IMG/VR virus record: IMGVR_UViG_3300036861_000061
Location: 1 to 53,611 of that record
DNA: 53,611 bases
Origin: a virus
Lineage: Duplodnaviria > Caudoviricetes
Strand: one strand, 5' to 3'
Shown here: positions 35,242 to 45,436 of the stretch, piece after piece
Layout of the letters: the number at the start of each line of letters is the position of its first letter
Numbering within the stretch: the stretch's first letter is position 1
Notes under the pieces: generated by a model
Databases searched by the model: none
Seen by the model: only the letters and a program-made list of their open reading frames with translations
What the model was told of the DNA's origin: nothing
Translations under genes and position numbers: made by a program

Positions 35242-36528
35242 TTACGAAACAACGCTAGGCGTATCGTCAGCGCCGCCAAACATACGAGCAGTACGGTTAG
35301 GTGCCACGCAACCAAGAGCCACGTACCACTTGAACCATGCTTGCCAGATAGCCTGACGCTGACCGGCAGTAGCGGTTGTCTTCATCTGGAAGATAGAACC
35401 GTTATAAACGTCCAACCAACCAGGACCAACCTGTTCAAACCACTTGAAGCCACTCTTATTGAGAGCAAATGCCCAACCCTTTGGGCAATCATCATCAGCA
35501 ATAACAGGAACCTCATTTACCATGATGGCGGAATAACCACCATGCACAGTAACGGCCTGGGCATCGGTAAAGCGCTTCTGTGACTGATAAGTATCTGCCA
35601 ATCTACGCTTCATACCACGAGTAGTAAGGAAGACTTCGACCTCTCCATTACCACCACCACCAACCAGGTCAGCGACCTGTTCAAAAGCAGACTCACCTGC
35701 GATACCCGCAGATAGGTCAACAGACGCTGCACCGTCCCAATACTGATTACCAGCAACAGATGAATCAATAGAGTGCAAAGTACGGGACTGACCCGTAATA
35801 TTGCGTAATCCATCCATCTCGTTGAGACGTGAGGAACCACCAGCAACACCGTTGGAAAGATAGATTCCAAAGGTGTTGTCGATAGATGCCGGAGTACCAG
35901 TAGCAGCACTTAACGTGACAACACCAGTAGACGCAACAACATTAGTAATCGTAGTACCGACAACTCCAAAAGAAGTTGCACCAGTGGTCTTGACGATAAT
36001 ATCGACAACCATGCCGATCTTAAGATACTGTGTTTCTTTAATGGTAGAACCAGTACCGGCGATTGCTCCAACAGTAACAGTAGAACCAGTTGCAGAAGCA
36101 CATGTAGCTAACAGACCATCACCAGTACCAAAAGCCTGACGATTGATCTGTTTCTTTAGATCCTGTGCAACTCCACGCGACTCTGCCTCCATAACAGAAA
36201 CAAAGGCGCCTTCATTAGACTTGGTTGCCTCAATAGCAACGTCAGTCAATTCGATACCTGCGTAGTGATAACGCAGGGGAACAATTGCGTCAGCCCAATC
36301 CTGACGACCAGCAGCGGGAAGTGTTGCAGCGTCACCACCGGACGACATACCAAAGTTACGGTTTTTGTGAACCGGCACAACGGCACGACGACCAGTATGG
36401 TCAACATGAGCGGAGTCACGTTGTATCTGATCCAGAAGATATGTCTTCTGGTTTAGCTGCTCCACAATTGGACCCACGTACAAGTCCTTCAGAATGGCAT
36501 CAGCAAGGGCCAAACTTTGAGTGGCCAA
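35242..36528 (-). CDS. Major capsid protein
   Basis: 428 aa after the scaffold; AILKDLYVGPIVEQLN, QINRQAFGTGDG, VPVIADDDCP, LGCVAPN; GAAAGG SD. Confidence 0.9.
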   Translation of the reverse strand: MATQSLALADAILKDLYVGPIVEQLNQKTYLLDQIQRDSAHVDHTGRRAVVPVHKNRNFGMSSGGDAATLPAAGRQDWADAIVPLRYHYAGIELTDVAIEATKSNEGAFVSVMEAESRGVAQDLKKQINRQAFGTGDGLLATCASATGSTVTVGAIAGTGSTIKETQYLKIGMVVDIIVKTTGATSFGVVGTTITNVVASTGVVTLSAATGTPASIDNTFGIYLSNGVAGGSSRLNEMDGLRNITGQSRTLHSIDSSVAGNQYWDGAASVDLSAGIAGESAFEQVADLVGGGGNGEVEVFLTTRGMKRRLADTYQSQKRFTDAQAVTVHGGYSAIMVNEVPVIADDDCPKGWAFALNKSGFKWFEQVGPGWLDVYNGSIFQMKTTATAGQRQAIWQAWFKWYVALGCVAPNRTARMFGGADDTPSVVS

Positions 36529-36574
36529 CTTACTTTAACCTTTCTATTTATTGTGGTTTATTTAACTCCACTCT

Positions 36575-36650
36575 GCCCTAGCCCGGTGCTGTACCAATTC
36601 TCTTAGATTTAAGATCCATATCGAAAATCGGCCCTGGCGCTGGGCTGTAC
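36575..36650 (-). repeat. Two imperfect 20-nt direct repeats in the capsid leader
   Basis: gccctagcccggtgctgtac (36575-36594) vs gccctggcgctgggctgtac (36631-36650), 16/20 identical. Confidence 0.55.
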
Positions 36651-36669
36651 TTATGTGGTGTGATACAAA

Positions 36670-36719
36670 TGGAGCTTACGGGAATCGAACCCGTATTTAT
36701 GAAACCCCCAGGCAGCCCC
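36670..36719 (-). ncRNA. tmRNA/tRNA-Ala-like minihelix
   Basis: GGGGCUG-18 nt-ACGGG-UUCGAUU-CCCGU-AAGCUCC-A; G3.U70 and A73. Confidence 0.6.
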
Positions 36720-36755
36720 AAAGTTACTCATATTTAGGAGTAAGGTAAACAGGCA

Positions 36756-37493
36756 TCACCCCCCACCGGCCATTGCACGCCTAATTCGTGCTGCGGCTGC
36801 TTCAGTAGCAACTTCAAAGTCTTTAATATTACCAGGCTCTGTATTAGAAGTTCCACCCTGAACAGCAGGTTTAGGTTGTGCTTCTTTCTTCTCAAAGAAA
36901 TTCTTTTCAGTCTCTCCTACCAACTTCTGAAAATCTGCGAAACCCTTTTGAACCATTTCTTCATCAACAGGATAACGAGCCGCTAAAGCACAGATATAAT
37001 TTACATGATCATCAGTAAGATCAGGATAATCCTTCTTAATCTTATCAATTTCACTATTAACCCATGCGGCAGATTGCGCAGCTTGTTCTTGTGTTATACG
37101 TTCCTGTTCTTTTTGAGTTTGTTCCTCTCTCCAAGCTCGAAGTTCTTTAACCTCAGCCTCTAGTGGATCTACATACTCTTCCTCTTCGGGAGACGGTTTA
37201 GTAGTAGTTCCTCCTAGAGCCTCAGTAAGCTCTTCCTCACTCATATTCATATAAGTAAGAAGTTCAGCTAGTTCCTCAGGCTTAACCGTACGAAGATCTA
37301 CGGTATTGTCTCCAACTTGAAGTGCTGAATAAGGTTCCCACTTCTTCTGCTCTTCAGCATTAGTCATGAATTTCTCCTGAACATACTTATCCCAATGTGG
37401 GACAAGTTGTTCAGCAACATCACGATCTACATCTTCAGGAAGGTTATCTAGAAAGTCTTTGTGAAGTTCATTATCATTAGTTTCTTCAGCCAT
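36756..37493 (-). CDS. Capsid scaffolding protein
   Basis: Acidic coiled-coil protein between portal and capsid. Confidence 0.75.
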   Translation of the reverse strand: MAEETNDNELHKDFLDNLPEDVDRDVAEQLVPHWDKYVQEKFMTNAEEQKKWEPYSALQVGDNTVDLRTVKPEELAELLTYMNMSEEELTEALGGTTTKPSPEEEEYVDPLEAEVKELRAWREEQTQKEQERITQEQAAQSAAWVNSEIDKIKKDYPDLTDDHVNYICALAARYPVDEEMVQKGFADFQKLVGETEKNFFEKKEAQPKPAVQGGTSNTEPGNIKDFEVATEAAAARIRRAMAGGG

Positions 37494-37858
37494 TACTCAC
37501 TCTTTTCCTTGCCCCCAACCTGCTCCATAAACTTATCATGAGCTTCTTGGAACATTTTTGCAGCATCTTCGTACGTCTTAGGTTGATTCTCTAATCCCCG
37601 AGGCTCTACAGACTTCATATTATATTGTGTTACCTCAGGAGTATCACTGCGACGGTTATAATCAATCGCCTTAGAAGCAGCCTTAGTCCCAGGTGAAGAT
37701 GTTCCATCTTCATAGGCTTCCATACGGGAAAGCTGAATCTTAGCATCTTTAAAAAGTTGCTGAATCTGACGATCACCAGGAGAATAATGACCTTCATGAT
37801 CTTTAAACCATTGATCAATATACTCTAACATTTGTTTAGCTGTTAATTTATCAGCCAT
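37493..37858 (-). CDS. Hypothetical head-module protein
   Basis: Coupled ORF. Confidence 0.65.
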   Translation of the reverse strand: MADKLTAKQMLEYIDQWFKDHEGHYSPGDRQIQQLFKDAKIQLSRMEAYEDGTSSPGTKAASKAIDYNRRSDTPEVTQYNMKSVEPRGLENQPKTYEDAAKMFQEAHDKFMEQVGGKEKSE

Positions 37859-38051
37859 AATCTATATCTCCAAAAGAACCCATAGGGGTAGATGGAACCT
37901 TTCTATATCCCCCCACACGGGGGGGCTTATTCTTTTTAATTCTTTTCAGTGTTGCCCTATAGGCACGTTGTGCCCTTGCATATTCAGCAACCGTCATAGG
38001 TTTGCTATTACGAATTGCTTCCTTGGTTGCTTGTTCGCCTGGCGTTGGCAT
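37851..38051 (-). CDS. Small basic hypothetical protein
   Basis: ORF overlapping the end of the portal gene. Confidence 0.5.
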   Translation of the reverse strand: MPTPGEQATKEAIRNSKPMTVAEYARAQRAYRATLKRIKKNKPPRVGGYRKVPSTPMGSFGDIDYG

Positions 38052-40074
38052 TAGCTTGTATCTTTACTCTCTGTAGTTCAAACATAGCATTTTGAAGATC
38101 CTCTTCGAGTTTTGCCATATGGTTTGCTTGGATCTTCAGTAAGTCTCCGCCCACCCTGGCCTGATCAGAAAGAGTCTCCTGCTGTAGTTGGGTTCTGGCT
38201 GCGTCCTGTCCTCTAGCAGATTCACGTTCCTTGTGCAAGCTTACATGAGCTTGCCATACGGCTTGGACTTGACGCGGTGAGCGGAAAAAGCGGGAAGATT
38301 TCATCTCATCTTCATGCCCCGCGATGTGAGTAGGATCATCATCGTAATCATTTATTGGTAATGGTTGACCATTATATAGGAGTCTATTTTCTCTGTTAAC
38401 TTGAGACTCATCTTTGGCGATATCAGAAAAGAAAGCTTCCAATCCGCCCACTTGATAATCACGTAATACTCTCCTAAGTACTCGTGGATCAAGTGGTTGT
38501 TGTGCATATTGTTGATTCTGAACAAATAGTGTTAATGTGTTAGCGATCGCAGCTTGCTGTGCCGCCTTTGAAGACGGGAACTGAGATCCTGCTTGAACTT
38601 CGACCTGGGTGTTACCCTTAAGAGAAGCTCCCCTAAAACTAATGAAATCATAAGCACTGTCTTCTCCGACAAGGGTCACCATTCTCTCTTCTTGATAATA
38701 TTCTGCAATTAACTTAAGAACCATTTGACCAGAATAACCAAGTGAAGTCTCCATTTCAGTAATAGTTACTCCAAGTCTTGTATCATCTTGCTCCAATAAA
38801 AGATTGATAGCAGCAGCAGCAGTTACTCCTGTTGGAACAGTAGCATTAGAAACCTCATGTTGTCCTGAAATCTCACGTATGGTATTAAGAATTCTATCAA
38901 CGTCCTCACTCACGTAGCGAGGCATCTCGGGAGGTTGTAAATATGATGGTGCAGCATTAGCCATTGTTCCATCATAAAGTACTTCTTCTCCCGGTACACC
39001 AGAATAAAAGACTTGAGCATTACGATCTTTCAGTAATGCAGGATTACCAATACGCTGAGCATTCTGTCGTATTTGAGTCTTAGCCTTATTAAGTTCAATT
39101 TGAGGTTCTCTCAATTGATCTACAAGAGAGGTAGGCCAGAATCTCCCGGGAACTTGTACACCACTGAACATGACGTAAGGTAAACCCTCGTAATGATTGT
39201 CCTCATCCCTAAGGACTTTATCCTTGGCCCATACCACATGGCGTCCCTTAGAGAACTGCGTGTTGGACTTCAACCATAATTCCCTAACCTTGACCCCTTT
39301 GTATGAGGTAGATCCACCCATACGCCAAGCGGGGAAAAATCTACTATCGGAAGGTCCCGCAGAAACTTCAGTATCACCGGAAAGTTCAACATCGAAATGG
39401 GAACGAACATACTCTTCACTTTGAACAACCTCTTCTATAATCCATTCGCAGGAGTCTATATCTTTTGCAAGAGGGTCCGGAAGTATTTCAAAAGGATTTC
39501 TAACTTCTAATGACACCTCACCCTGTGAAATGGTTTTTGTGGAAATTGCCATGCTCGAAGGAACTTGACTCTTATATAAGAGTCGACCATTTTCATCTTG
39601 CATTGGATTCCCATTTGCATCAATTACTACTTCTACTTTCTTTCCAGCACTTCCATCCCAACAGATTTTCCAAAATCCTGCACAGCAGATATCTGCCCAC
39701 ATCAATACATCGAACAATTTCTCTTGCATACATAGATCACGCCATTTACCTTCCATAATTCTCTCAGAGAGTTCAGCAGCAGAAATATCAGCATCATCAC
39801 CCGAGTTTGGAATAGTAGTCCAAACAGGACGTTGCTTAGTTTTTTTGGCCAGACGAGTGAGAATCACTGGCATGATCATATTTTCTGTTACTAATTGAAC
39901 ATGCTCAGGAATTCCTACCGGCTTATCAAGACGACCATGATTCCACCACACCCACTGATCACCCAAGAAATGGGCAAGGTTAAGATACCAGTCAGGTTCA
40001 AATCTAGAACGAATCATTCTAGATTGATCTGCTAATTTATTCAGTGCTGTAGTTGAACCAGTATTAATTCGCAC
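38008..40074 (-). CDS. Portal protein (P22-like)
   Basis: 688 aa; ADICCAGFWKICWD, NPFEILPDP, GRFWPTSLVDQLREPQIELNK, EISGQHEVS. Confidence 0.9.
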   Translation of the reverse strand: MRINTGSTTALNKLADQSRMIRSRFEPDWYLNLAHFLGDQWVWWNHGRLDKPVGIPEHVQLVTENMIMPVILTRLAKKTKQRPVWTTIPNSGDDADISAAELSERIMEGKWRDLCMQEKLFDVLMWADICCAGFWKICWDGSAGKKVEVVIDANGNPMQDENGRLLYKSQVPSSMAISTKTISQGEVSLEVRNPFEILPDPLAKDIDSCEWIIEEVVQSEEYVRSHFDVELSGDTEVSAGPSDSRFFPAWRMGGSTSYKGVKVRELWLKSNTQFSKGRHVVWAKDKVLRDEDNHYEGLPYVMFSGVQVPGRFWPTSLVDQLREPQIELNKAKTQIRQNAQRIGNPALLKDRNAQVFYSGVPGEEVLYDGTMANAAPSYLQPPEMPRYVSEDVDRILNTIREISGQHEVSNATVPTGVTAAAAINLLLEQDDTRLGVTITEMETSLGYSGQMVLKLIAEYYQEERMVTLVGEDSAYDFISFRGASLKGNTQVEVQAGSQFPSSKAAQQAAIANTLTLFVQNQQYAQQPLDPRVLRRVLRDYQVGGLEAFFSDIAKDESQVNRENRLLYNGQPLPINDYDDDPTHIAGHEDEMKSSRFFRSPRQVQAVWQAHVSLHKERESARGQDAARTQLQQETLSDQARVGGDLLKIQANHMAKLEEDLQNAMFELQRVKIQANANARRTSNQGSNS

Positions 40075-40361
40075 TACTTACTCACGTTTGGATTGTCTTC
40101 TACGATAGTACCAACTTGAGCAAACGCATTAGCTAATGCATGTTGTTGCTCATACTCAACTGCTATAACCCTTCGCTCGTCCGAAGATAAGTCTTGAGAG
40201 GGCGATTTTGGGATCGAGATTGGTCGAGCGGGGAACTGGATCAAGGCAAGCAGTCTCTGGCGCTCCTGGGCGTGCTCCTGTCGCTCCTGGACTCCTTCAC
40301 TCAGGCAGACGATGAGCGCCGAACCAAGGAAGATGACTGTAATTGCTAATATATAAATCAT
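40074..40361 (-). CDS. Small protein with an N-terminal TM anchor
   Basis: Hydrophobic first 20 aa. Confidence 0.65.
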   Translation of the reverse strand: MIYILAITVIFLGSALIVCLSEGVQERQEHAQERQRLLALIQFPARPISIPKSPSQDLSSDERRVIAVEYEQQHALANAFAQVGTIVEDNPNVSK

Positions 40362-40387
40362 TTATTTATACTAACTATTTAACATTA

Positions 40388-42313
40388 TTAAGGGATGGAT
40401 TGATAACCGGGACTAATATAATTCATACCTGGTTGCCCTACACCACCGCCAGCGGGTACATATGATCCACTGGATGGGACACCATCAATAACGCCCGGCC
40501 AATCGGCTTGTACCGGATATAGCGTGTTAGCCATAGATCGAATATTCGATCGCTTGATATACACATCTTGTAACGTGCGACGTGCCGGCAACGTTAAATA
40601 AGAGGAGGAAGAAATTCCATATGCGGATGCACTGTTAACAGCATCAAACTTCATGAACTCACCATCAATATCCATACGTCGCCAATCCATCGCGTGACCA
40701 GTACCGGACTGTGTGAAAATCCCCTGATATCCATAATCGCCGCTCATCTTGTCAATACGAACCAAGTTTCGAGTTGACGTACCGTAGATCTGAAGCATGT
40801 CGGAGTGGACAGCCAGCGCAGCGTAGACGCCGGTGCCATCCTCCTGGGCCTTGCAGTCCACCCGAGCTACGCTGTCGAAGCGGATGTTCTGCAATGTCAG
40901 GTGCGGCGCATACCAGTAGTCGGTCAGGCTGTTGAGTTGGAAACCATCACCTAGTGAACCACTAAAGCGATGGATGACCCCAGCGGTGATATCAGTCGTA
41001 AAGTTGATTGCCGCCCCACCGCTCGTTGTCGAAAGCTGCAAAGTATCCGTGGCGCGATTGACAACGTAGTACGGATTCCCGGTCACTAAGCCCGCGCCAC
41101 CAGTAATACTATGAAAACCGACCTGTTCATTATTCTGGAACGTATGTCCAGTTGCTGTGATTACATCGGTGGTAGAGTTGCCCGTACAGTTTTTCGGTTC
41201 CGGCGCACTGCCCCTGATCCAAACGCCCTCGCAGAAGATGTTGCCACGGACATTATTGAAAAAGAAAGCCCTCATGGCATTTGCGTCACGCAGTGCTGGC
41301 TGTCCTCGGAAATCTACTTCACCACCACGAATAAAGATCCCACCACCGTTTAAGAATGTCAATGGACCAGCGGTGATCGGTTCATCAAAGATCACCCGAT
41401 ACTTCGTGGTGTTATTGAGTGTCGGGGAACGGTTCGCATTGTTAACATGCAGATCCGTGTAATCCGATAGGTCTGGTGGTTGCCACGACAATAATGGTGA
41501 TGCTGGGAAATATGGAGTTGAGAGTGGCCTACCAGGGTCGCCTGTAACCCTAATCCCACTAGTAGTCTGAAGCTTCGGCTGCTGCCCTGTCGATGCAACC
41601 CAATGCGCGACAATCCTGGCAGCCGACAATTGTGTTGGGTAAAACGCTACTTCATCAATCGTCGAAGAAGTAAAAAGATCAATAGTGCCTCGGTTATTAC
41701 GTGCTCCGATAGTCATTGCGAAACCGAAGTTAGCGAAGTTGCTCGGAGATCCACCACCCGTGGGATTGAACAAAGCAGATACAATCTGACCATCAACAAA
41801 CGCCACCATCAGGTTTCGCGATGCATCAGTTACAACAAAAACAAGATGATGCCACTGCCCATCGTAAATGTTGTTAGTAATATGAAGATTAATACCTTCC
41901 CCACCGGAGTTGTCGCGAATCGAGAAGTGTGTCTTACCAATTGATACCGCAGACAAGTTGTCAGTATTCAAAAGACACTGAACAAGCATTGATGTACCGG
42001 TACTAAGAGTGCCAAACACAGCCTGTTGCAAGGTTGTGGTCGTCTTAATCCAAAACTCCCACGAGGAAGTAGCGACACTCGCTCCCAATGTTCCAAGCGT
42101 GGTAGTGAGAACCCGTTGTGACGAACCCGCTGCAAATGTGACCGCAGTGTCGTTATCCCCAAGTCCAAGCGCCCCTGCAACAGCAAGTGTCGGTGTATTG
42201 ACGTAAGTACCATTATGCGCGCCAACTTGGTCTGTCGCTGTAGTTCCAGAAGGTTCCCCAAGCCGCCAGTATGCGGTCGGAGAGTCCGCGAGAACTTCAC
42301 TGGAATAGCTCAT
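40388..42313 (-). CDS. LamG/ConA-like lectin plus beta-helix-like domain protein
   Basis: VLADSPTAYWRLGE, SWEFWIKT, DGQWHHLV, IDEVAFY; C-terminal HSDMLQ beta-helix-like region. Confidence 0.8.
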   Translation of the reverse strand: MSYSSEVLADSPTAYWRLGEPSGTTATDQVGAHNGTYVNTPTLAVAGALGLGDNDTAVTFAAGSSQRVLTTTLGTLGASVATSSWEFWIKTTTTLQQAVFGTLSTGTSMLVQCLLNTDNLSAVSIGKTHFSIRDNSGGEGINLHITNNIYDGQWHHLVFVVTDASRNLMVAFVDGQIVSALFNPTGGGSPSNFANFGFAMTIGARNNRGTIDLFTSSTIDEVAFYPTQLSAARIVAHWVASTGQQPKLQTTSGIRVTGDPGRPLSTPYFPASPLLSWQPPDLSDYTDLHVNNANRSPTLNNTTKYRVIFDEPITAGPLTFLNGGGIFIRGGEVDFRGQPALRDANAMRAFFFNNVRGNIFCEGVWIRGSAPEPKNCTGNSTTDVITATGHTFQNNEQVGFHSITGGAGLVTGNPYYVVNRATDTLQLSTTSGGAAINFTTDITAGVIHRFSGSLGDGFQLNSLTDYWYAPHLTLQNIRFDSVARVDCKAQEDGTGVYAALAVHSDMLQIYGTSTRNLVRIDKMSGDYGYQGIFTQSGTGHAMDWRRMDIDGEFMKFDAVNSASAYGISSSSYLTLPARRTLQDVYIKRSNIRSMANTLYPVQADWPGVIDGVPSSGSYVPAGGGVGQPGMNYISPGYQSIP

Positions 42314-42867
42314 GCGCGTTCAATAAGTACCGTAAGATCAGACCCAGCAACAGAACTGCCGATTTGGTCAATATCGACAGTTACCGCCTGTCCTGCTGCT
42401 ACAGCAGTAATATCGGGAGCAGTAAGTGCACCAATAGTGCTCCCCGCTGTAATTCTCGGTCGATTTGCTTGTGTTGTAAACATACTTGCACCATCAAGAT
42501 TAACATCTACGATCGCGTCTGATCCTGTTGGCGCAGTACCTACTGCGGCGCGAATACTTACAATAATGATAGGAAATGGCCATACTAATTTAGATTGTCC
42601 AGACCCCGGAGTCAACGTGCCAGCAAAACCAACGGTATCAATACCACTACTAATAGTTCTTACTATTGAACTAAAAGTAATTTCACTAGTTGAAGTAGAA
42701 ATACAATATACAGATGAAGGTGTATAAAATGATTGTCCCGATGAAACAGTAGTATATCCAGTAGATGCTAATTGATCTAATGAACCAAGTCTAATATCCC
42801 CTGGTCCAGCATTGGATACTTTTAATCGTTCTGTAATTAAGATAGGATGGTCATTTCTAATTAACAT
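42310..42867 (-). CDS. Putative minor virion protein
   Basis: VRAAVGTAPTG-like segment, IVDVN, TVDIDQIGS..AGSDLTV pattern. Confidence 0.65.
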   Translation of the reverse strand: MLIRNDHPILITERLKVSNAGPGDIRLGSLDQLASTGYTTVSSGQSFYTPSSVYCISTSTSEITFSSIVRTISSGIDTVGFAGTLTPGSGQSKLVWPFPIIIVSIRAAVGTAPTGSDAIVDVNLDGASMFTTQANRPRITAGSTIGALTAPDITAVAAGQAVTVDIDQIGSSVAGSDLTVLIERA

Positions 42868-44372
42868 GATATATCTGAAGTAGGATCAAGTTGTGGTGGT
42901 GCTAGAGTTTCCTCGTTAGAATGTGCTGCTGAGGTTCCAGAATCTTGAGAATCCATACCACCACGGACACAACTCGGGATACCAATATTACCCTTAACTA
43001 ACACAACGTCATCAATGACGCCGCGTCCGGTAAAGCGTAAACGATTACCACTAGAGAAAGTGTTACCAGTTAACGTTGTGCGAAGTGGGACTTTAGGGTC
43101 AGAATTAGAATAAGTACCTGGAACTAGATTAAGTTCTCCAAGGTATATCGTCCAAAATGGCCAAGTATTGACCACATAACCAGCAACATTACCAAAGTTA
43201 TTGTTCTCAACAATTAGATTCAGATTATAACGCTGAGTCAATCCGTTGATTAAAGATGAAACAGTATTTCCTCTAAAAATTGCAATACCAGTCGTGCTAG
43301 GACGAGATGGGATATTACCATTCTGACCAATTTCCCAACAGTGACGTGCACAATTAATGAAGTTATTATTTACAACTTCTGTATAGAGAACACGCTCTTT
43401 GGTCGATACATCATGAGCAAAGCTACCATTAAATGTGTTGTTGGCAATTTTTACTCTCATGCCAACGTACGGGCTCTCGTCGTAAATCGCAAGACCATAG
43501 TCCGCCCCACTACTAACGCCACCAGTGAATTTAAATCCTTCAATAATAAGTCTACGGATGGCACCAATAGTACTCTCACCAGACACAGTACAAGAAAAAC
43601 TAGGACAATGAATTTCAATACATGTCTTAGGAGTACTAGGGTACATGCTCAGTGAACTATAGGTTCCTGCGCCAGCATTAATTGTCACTGAGTCGTTATT
43701 AGCAATAATGCTGCTCAGTGTACTTGGAGTTGCGTTTACTGGCGTACCACCGCACGGAGCAACCCCTGAAGGAGTAAGAGGACACCCATCGGGACCAACT
43801 TGTGTGCCAGCAGGAGTACCAGGACAAGCATCTTGTAGATCAGGTACCCCATCACCATCAGAATCAACCGGAGGAGCATTCTGCTGGATGACTAATTGTG
43901 GAGGAGTTGAACTGGTAGTGGATGACATATTTGTCCAGAGGTCGCCACTCTTAGTTAACTGGAAACAATTAGAACCAGTATGAAGTTTATCAGGTGGGAT
44001 TGTAACTTCCAAGTAGCCAACCGGATCATCCGGGACAGTAGCTAGTACTTCACCAGGACTAGGAACTCTATTGTATGTGGTCGGTAGCCCACCTTCAGAC
44101 CAGAAGCAAGAAGACGCACGTACTTCAAACGATTGGAAAGTATGCCATTCGGAATGAATGCGTAATTTGGCACTATAAATTTGCGCTGGTGCATTCTGGA
44201 AGTATAAAAATGGCCGACGAATCGGATCACCGTCGAGTTGTAGTGGGTTCGTAGGAGATGCATCAAAATGCGTATTAGGTTGGTCACTACGAACGTAAGT
44301 ATCACTCGTAGCATTCTCAGCAAGCGCCGAGGAAGAAAGCAGCAGAAATAAAAATAGGATAAGAAAGATCAT
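42861..44372 (-). CDS. Signal-peptide protein with DNRLRE/CBM-like domain, TSP3 repeat and right-handed beta-helix
   Basis: MIFLILFLFLLLSSSALA signal; DTYVRSDQPNTHF...SAKLRI; DSDGDGVPDLQDACPGT; repeated I.NN.F rungs. Confidence 0.75.
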   Translation of the reverse strand: MIFLILFLFLLLSSSALAENATSDTYVRSDQPNTHFDASPTNPLQLDGDPIRRPFLYFQNAPAQIYSAKLRIHSEWHTFQSFEVRASSCFWSEGGLPTTYNRVPSPGEVLATVPDDPVGYLEVTIPPDKLHTGSNCFQLTKSGDLWTNMSSTTSSTPPQLVIQQNAPPVDSDGDGVPDLQDACPGTPAGTQVGPDGCPLTPSGVAPCGGTPVNATPSTLSSIIANNDSVTINAGAGTYSSLSMYPSTPKTCIEIHCPSFSCTVSGESTIGAIRRLIIEGFKFTGGVSSGADYGLAIYDESPYVGMRVKIANNTFNGSFAHDVSTKERVLYTEVVNNNFINCARHCWEIGQNGNIPSRPSTTGIAIFRGNTVSSLINGLTQRYNLNLIVENNNFGNVAGYVVNTWPFWTIYLGELNLVPGTYSNSDPKVPLRTTLTGNTFSSGNRLRFTGRGVIDDVVLVKGNIGIPSCVRGGMDSQDSGTSAAHSNEETLAPPQLDPTSDISC

Positions 44373-45181
44373 TGATCTAACACGACTCGAACGAGATATC
44401 CTCTATGATAATAGGTTACAACCCTCGGTCCTGGCGGTTCTACTGGTGGTGCAGGATCGGGGAATGTTATTAGAATAAGTTGTGAAGGTAGTTGCCAAGC
44501 TTTATATGTTACATTTCGCAGCGGTGTAATTGCTGGGAATTGGGGTGGTAATGGATCAGGTACTATAACAAAAGTGTTAGGCTTAGGTTGATAGAACTTA
44601 TAACCTGGTACACTTTGTAGTGGGAAGATAGCCGGTTGTTCAAAGATATCTGGTATTACCAGAATAGTCTTTGGACTGACTAGAAACGGCTTTATCTGAG
44701 AAACAACCAGCGGAGATATCGCTGGAACTTCTACATCCGGTGTTATAAAGAAAACTTCAGGTACCGGCTGATAAGCCTTCTTTATTTCTGGTATCTTTGT
44801 AAATAACGCTGGTGTGTCTTGGAATCCTCCGAGATTCTCTTGAGTAAATAGAACCTGAGAAGAAGGTTGATAAACCTTATATAACTTTCCCTGTAACGGG
44901 AATATTGCAGGTACATCAGGTACTGGATCAGGTGTTACTAAGAAAGTCTGTGGTTGAGGCTGATATCCCTTTTTGGTTGGGAGTCCCGCAACTGGGGCTA
45001 TAGCGGGTATATCTAGAACTGCATCAGCAATAATAAAGTAAATCTTAGGTGATGTTAAATAGACCTTACTTTTGGGAGTGTGGACTATTAATCCAGATGG
45101 AAATTGTCCTTCAAGATAAATTCCCTGCGGACCAAGTGGTGTCTGTACAGTCTTGACACCGATTACAGGAAGGAATGGCAC
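44369..45181 (-). CDS. Pro-rich tandem-repeat protein
   Basis: Six roughly 31-33-aa units of PAIxP...KxYQP...FxxxPD. Confidence 0.7.
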   Translation of the reverse strand: MPFLPVIGVKTVQTPLGPQGIYLEGQFPSGLIVHTPKSKVYLTSPKIYFIIADAVLDIPAIAPVAGLPTKKGYQPQPQTFLVTPDPVPDVPAIFPLQGKLYKVYQPSSQVLFTQENLGGFQDTPALFTKIPEIKKAYQPVPEVFFITPDVEVPAISPLVVSQIKPFLVSPKTILVIPDIFEQPAIFPLQSVPGYKFYQPKPNTFVIVPDPLPPQFPAITPLRNVTYKAWQLPSQLILITFPDPAPPVEPPGPRVVTYYHRGYLVRVVLDQ

Positions 45182-45184
45182 TAT

Positions 45185-45436
45185 TTACTGTGCGTGGACT
45201 TGTGTGTCAACTACAAATACAACACTATAGATGTCACCAAGATTAATAAGATTAGGAGCAGCCTTAATAGCGTCTGTCATTTGAACAGCAAGATAACCTT
45301 CAACAATTTGACTACCCGCAACAACTAATGAGAATCTGGCTCCTCCATTCAAAGGTTGAAGATTGACAGGCATTAGTTCTCCATTAGTTAGGACGTGACA
45401 TATTAACCCACTGAGTTGTGAAAGACCCAGCGACAC
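45185..45436 (-). CDS. Hypothetical protein
   Basis: ORF track; true start probably MPVN. Confidence 0.5.
   Translation of the reverse strand: MSLGLSQLSGLICHVLTNGELMPVNLQPLNGGARFSLVVAGSQIVEGYLAVQMTDAIKAAPNLINLGDIYSVVFVVDTQVHAQ

Noticed and set aside
36670-36719. attP fragment for integration at ssrA or a tRNA
   Set aside because: No integrase was recognised, and the element includes the matching 5' acceptor strand, which an attP core would not need.
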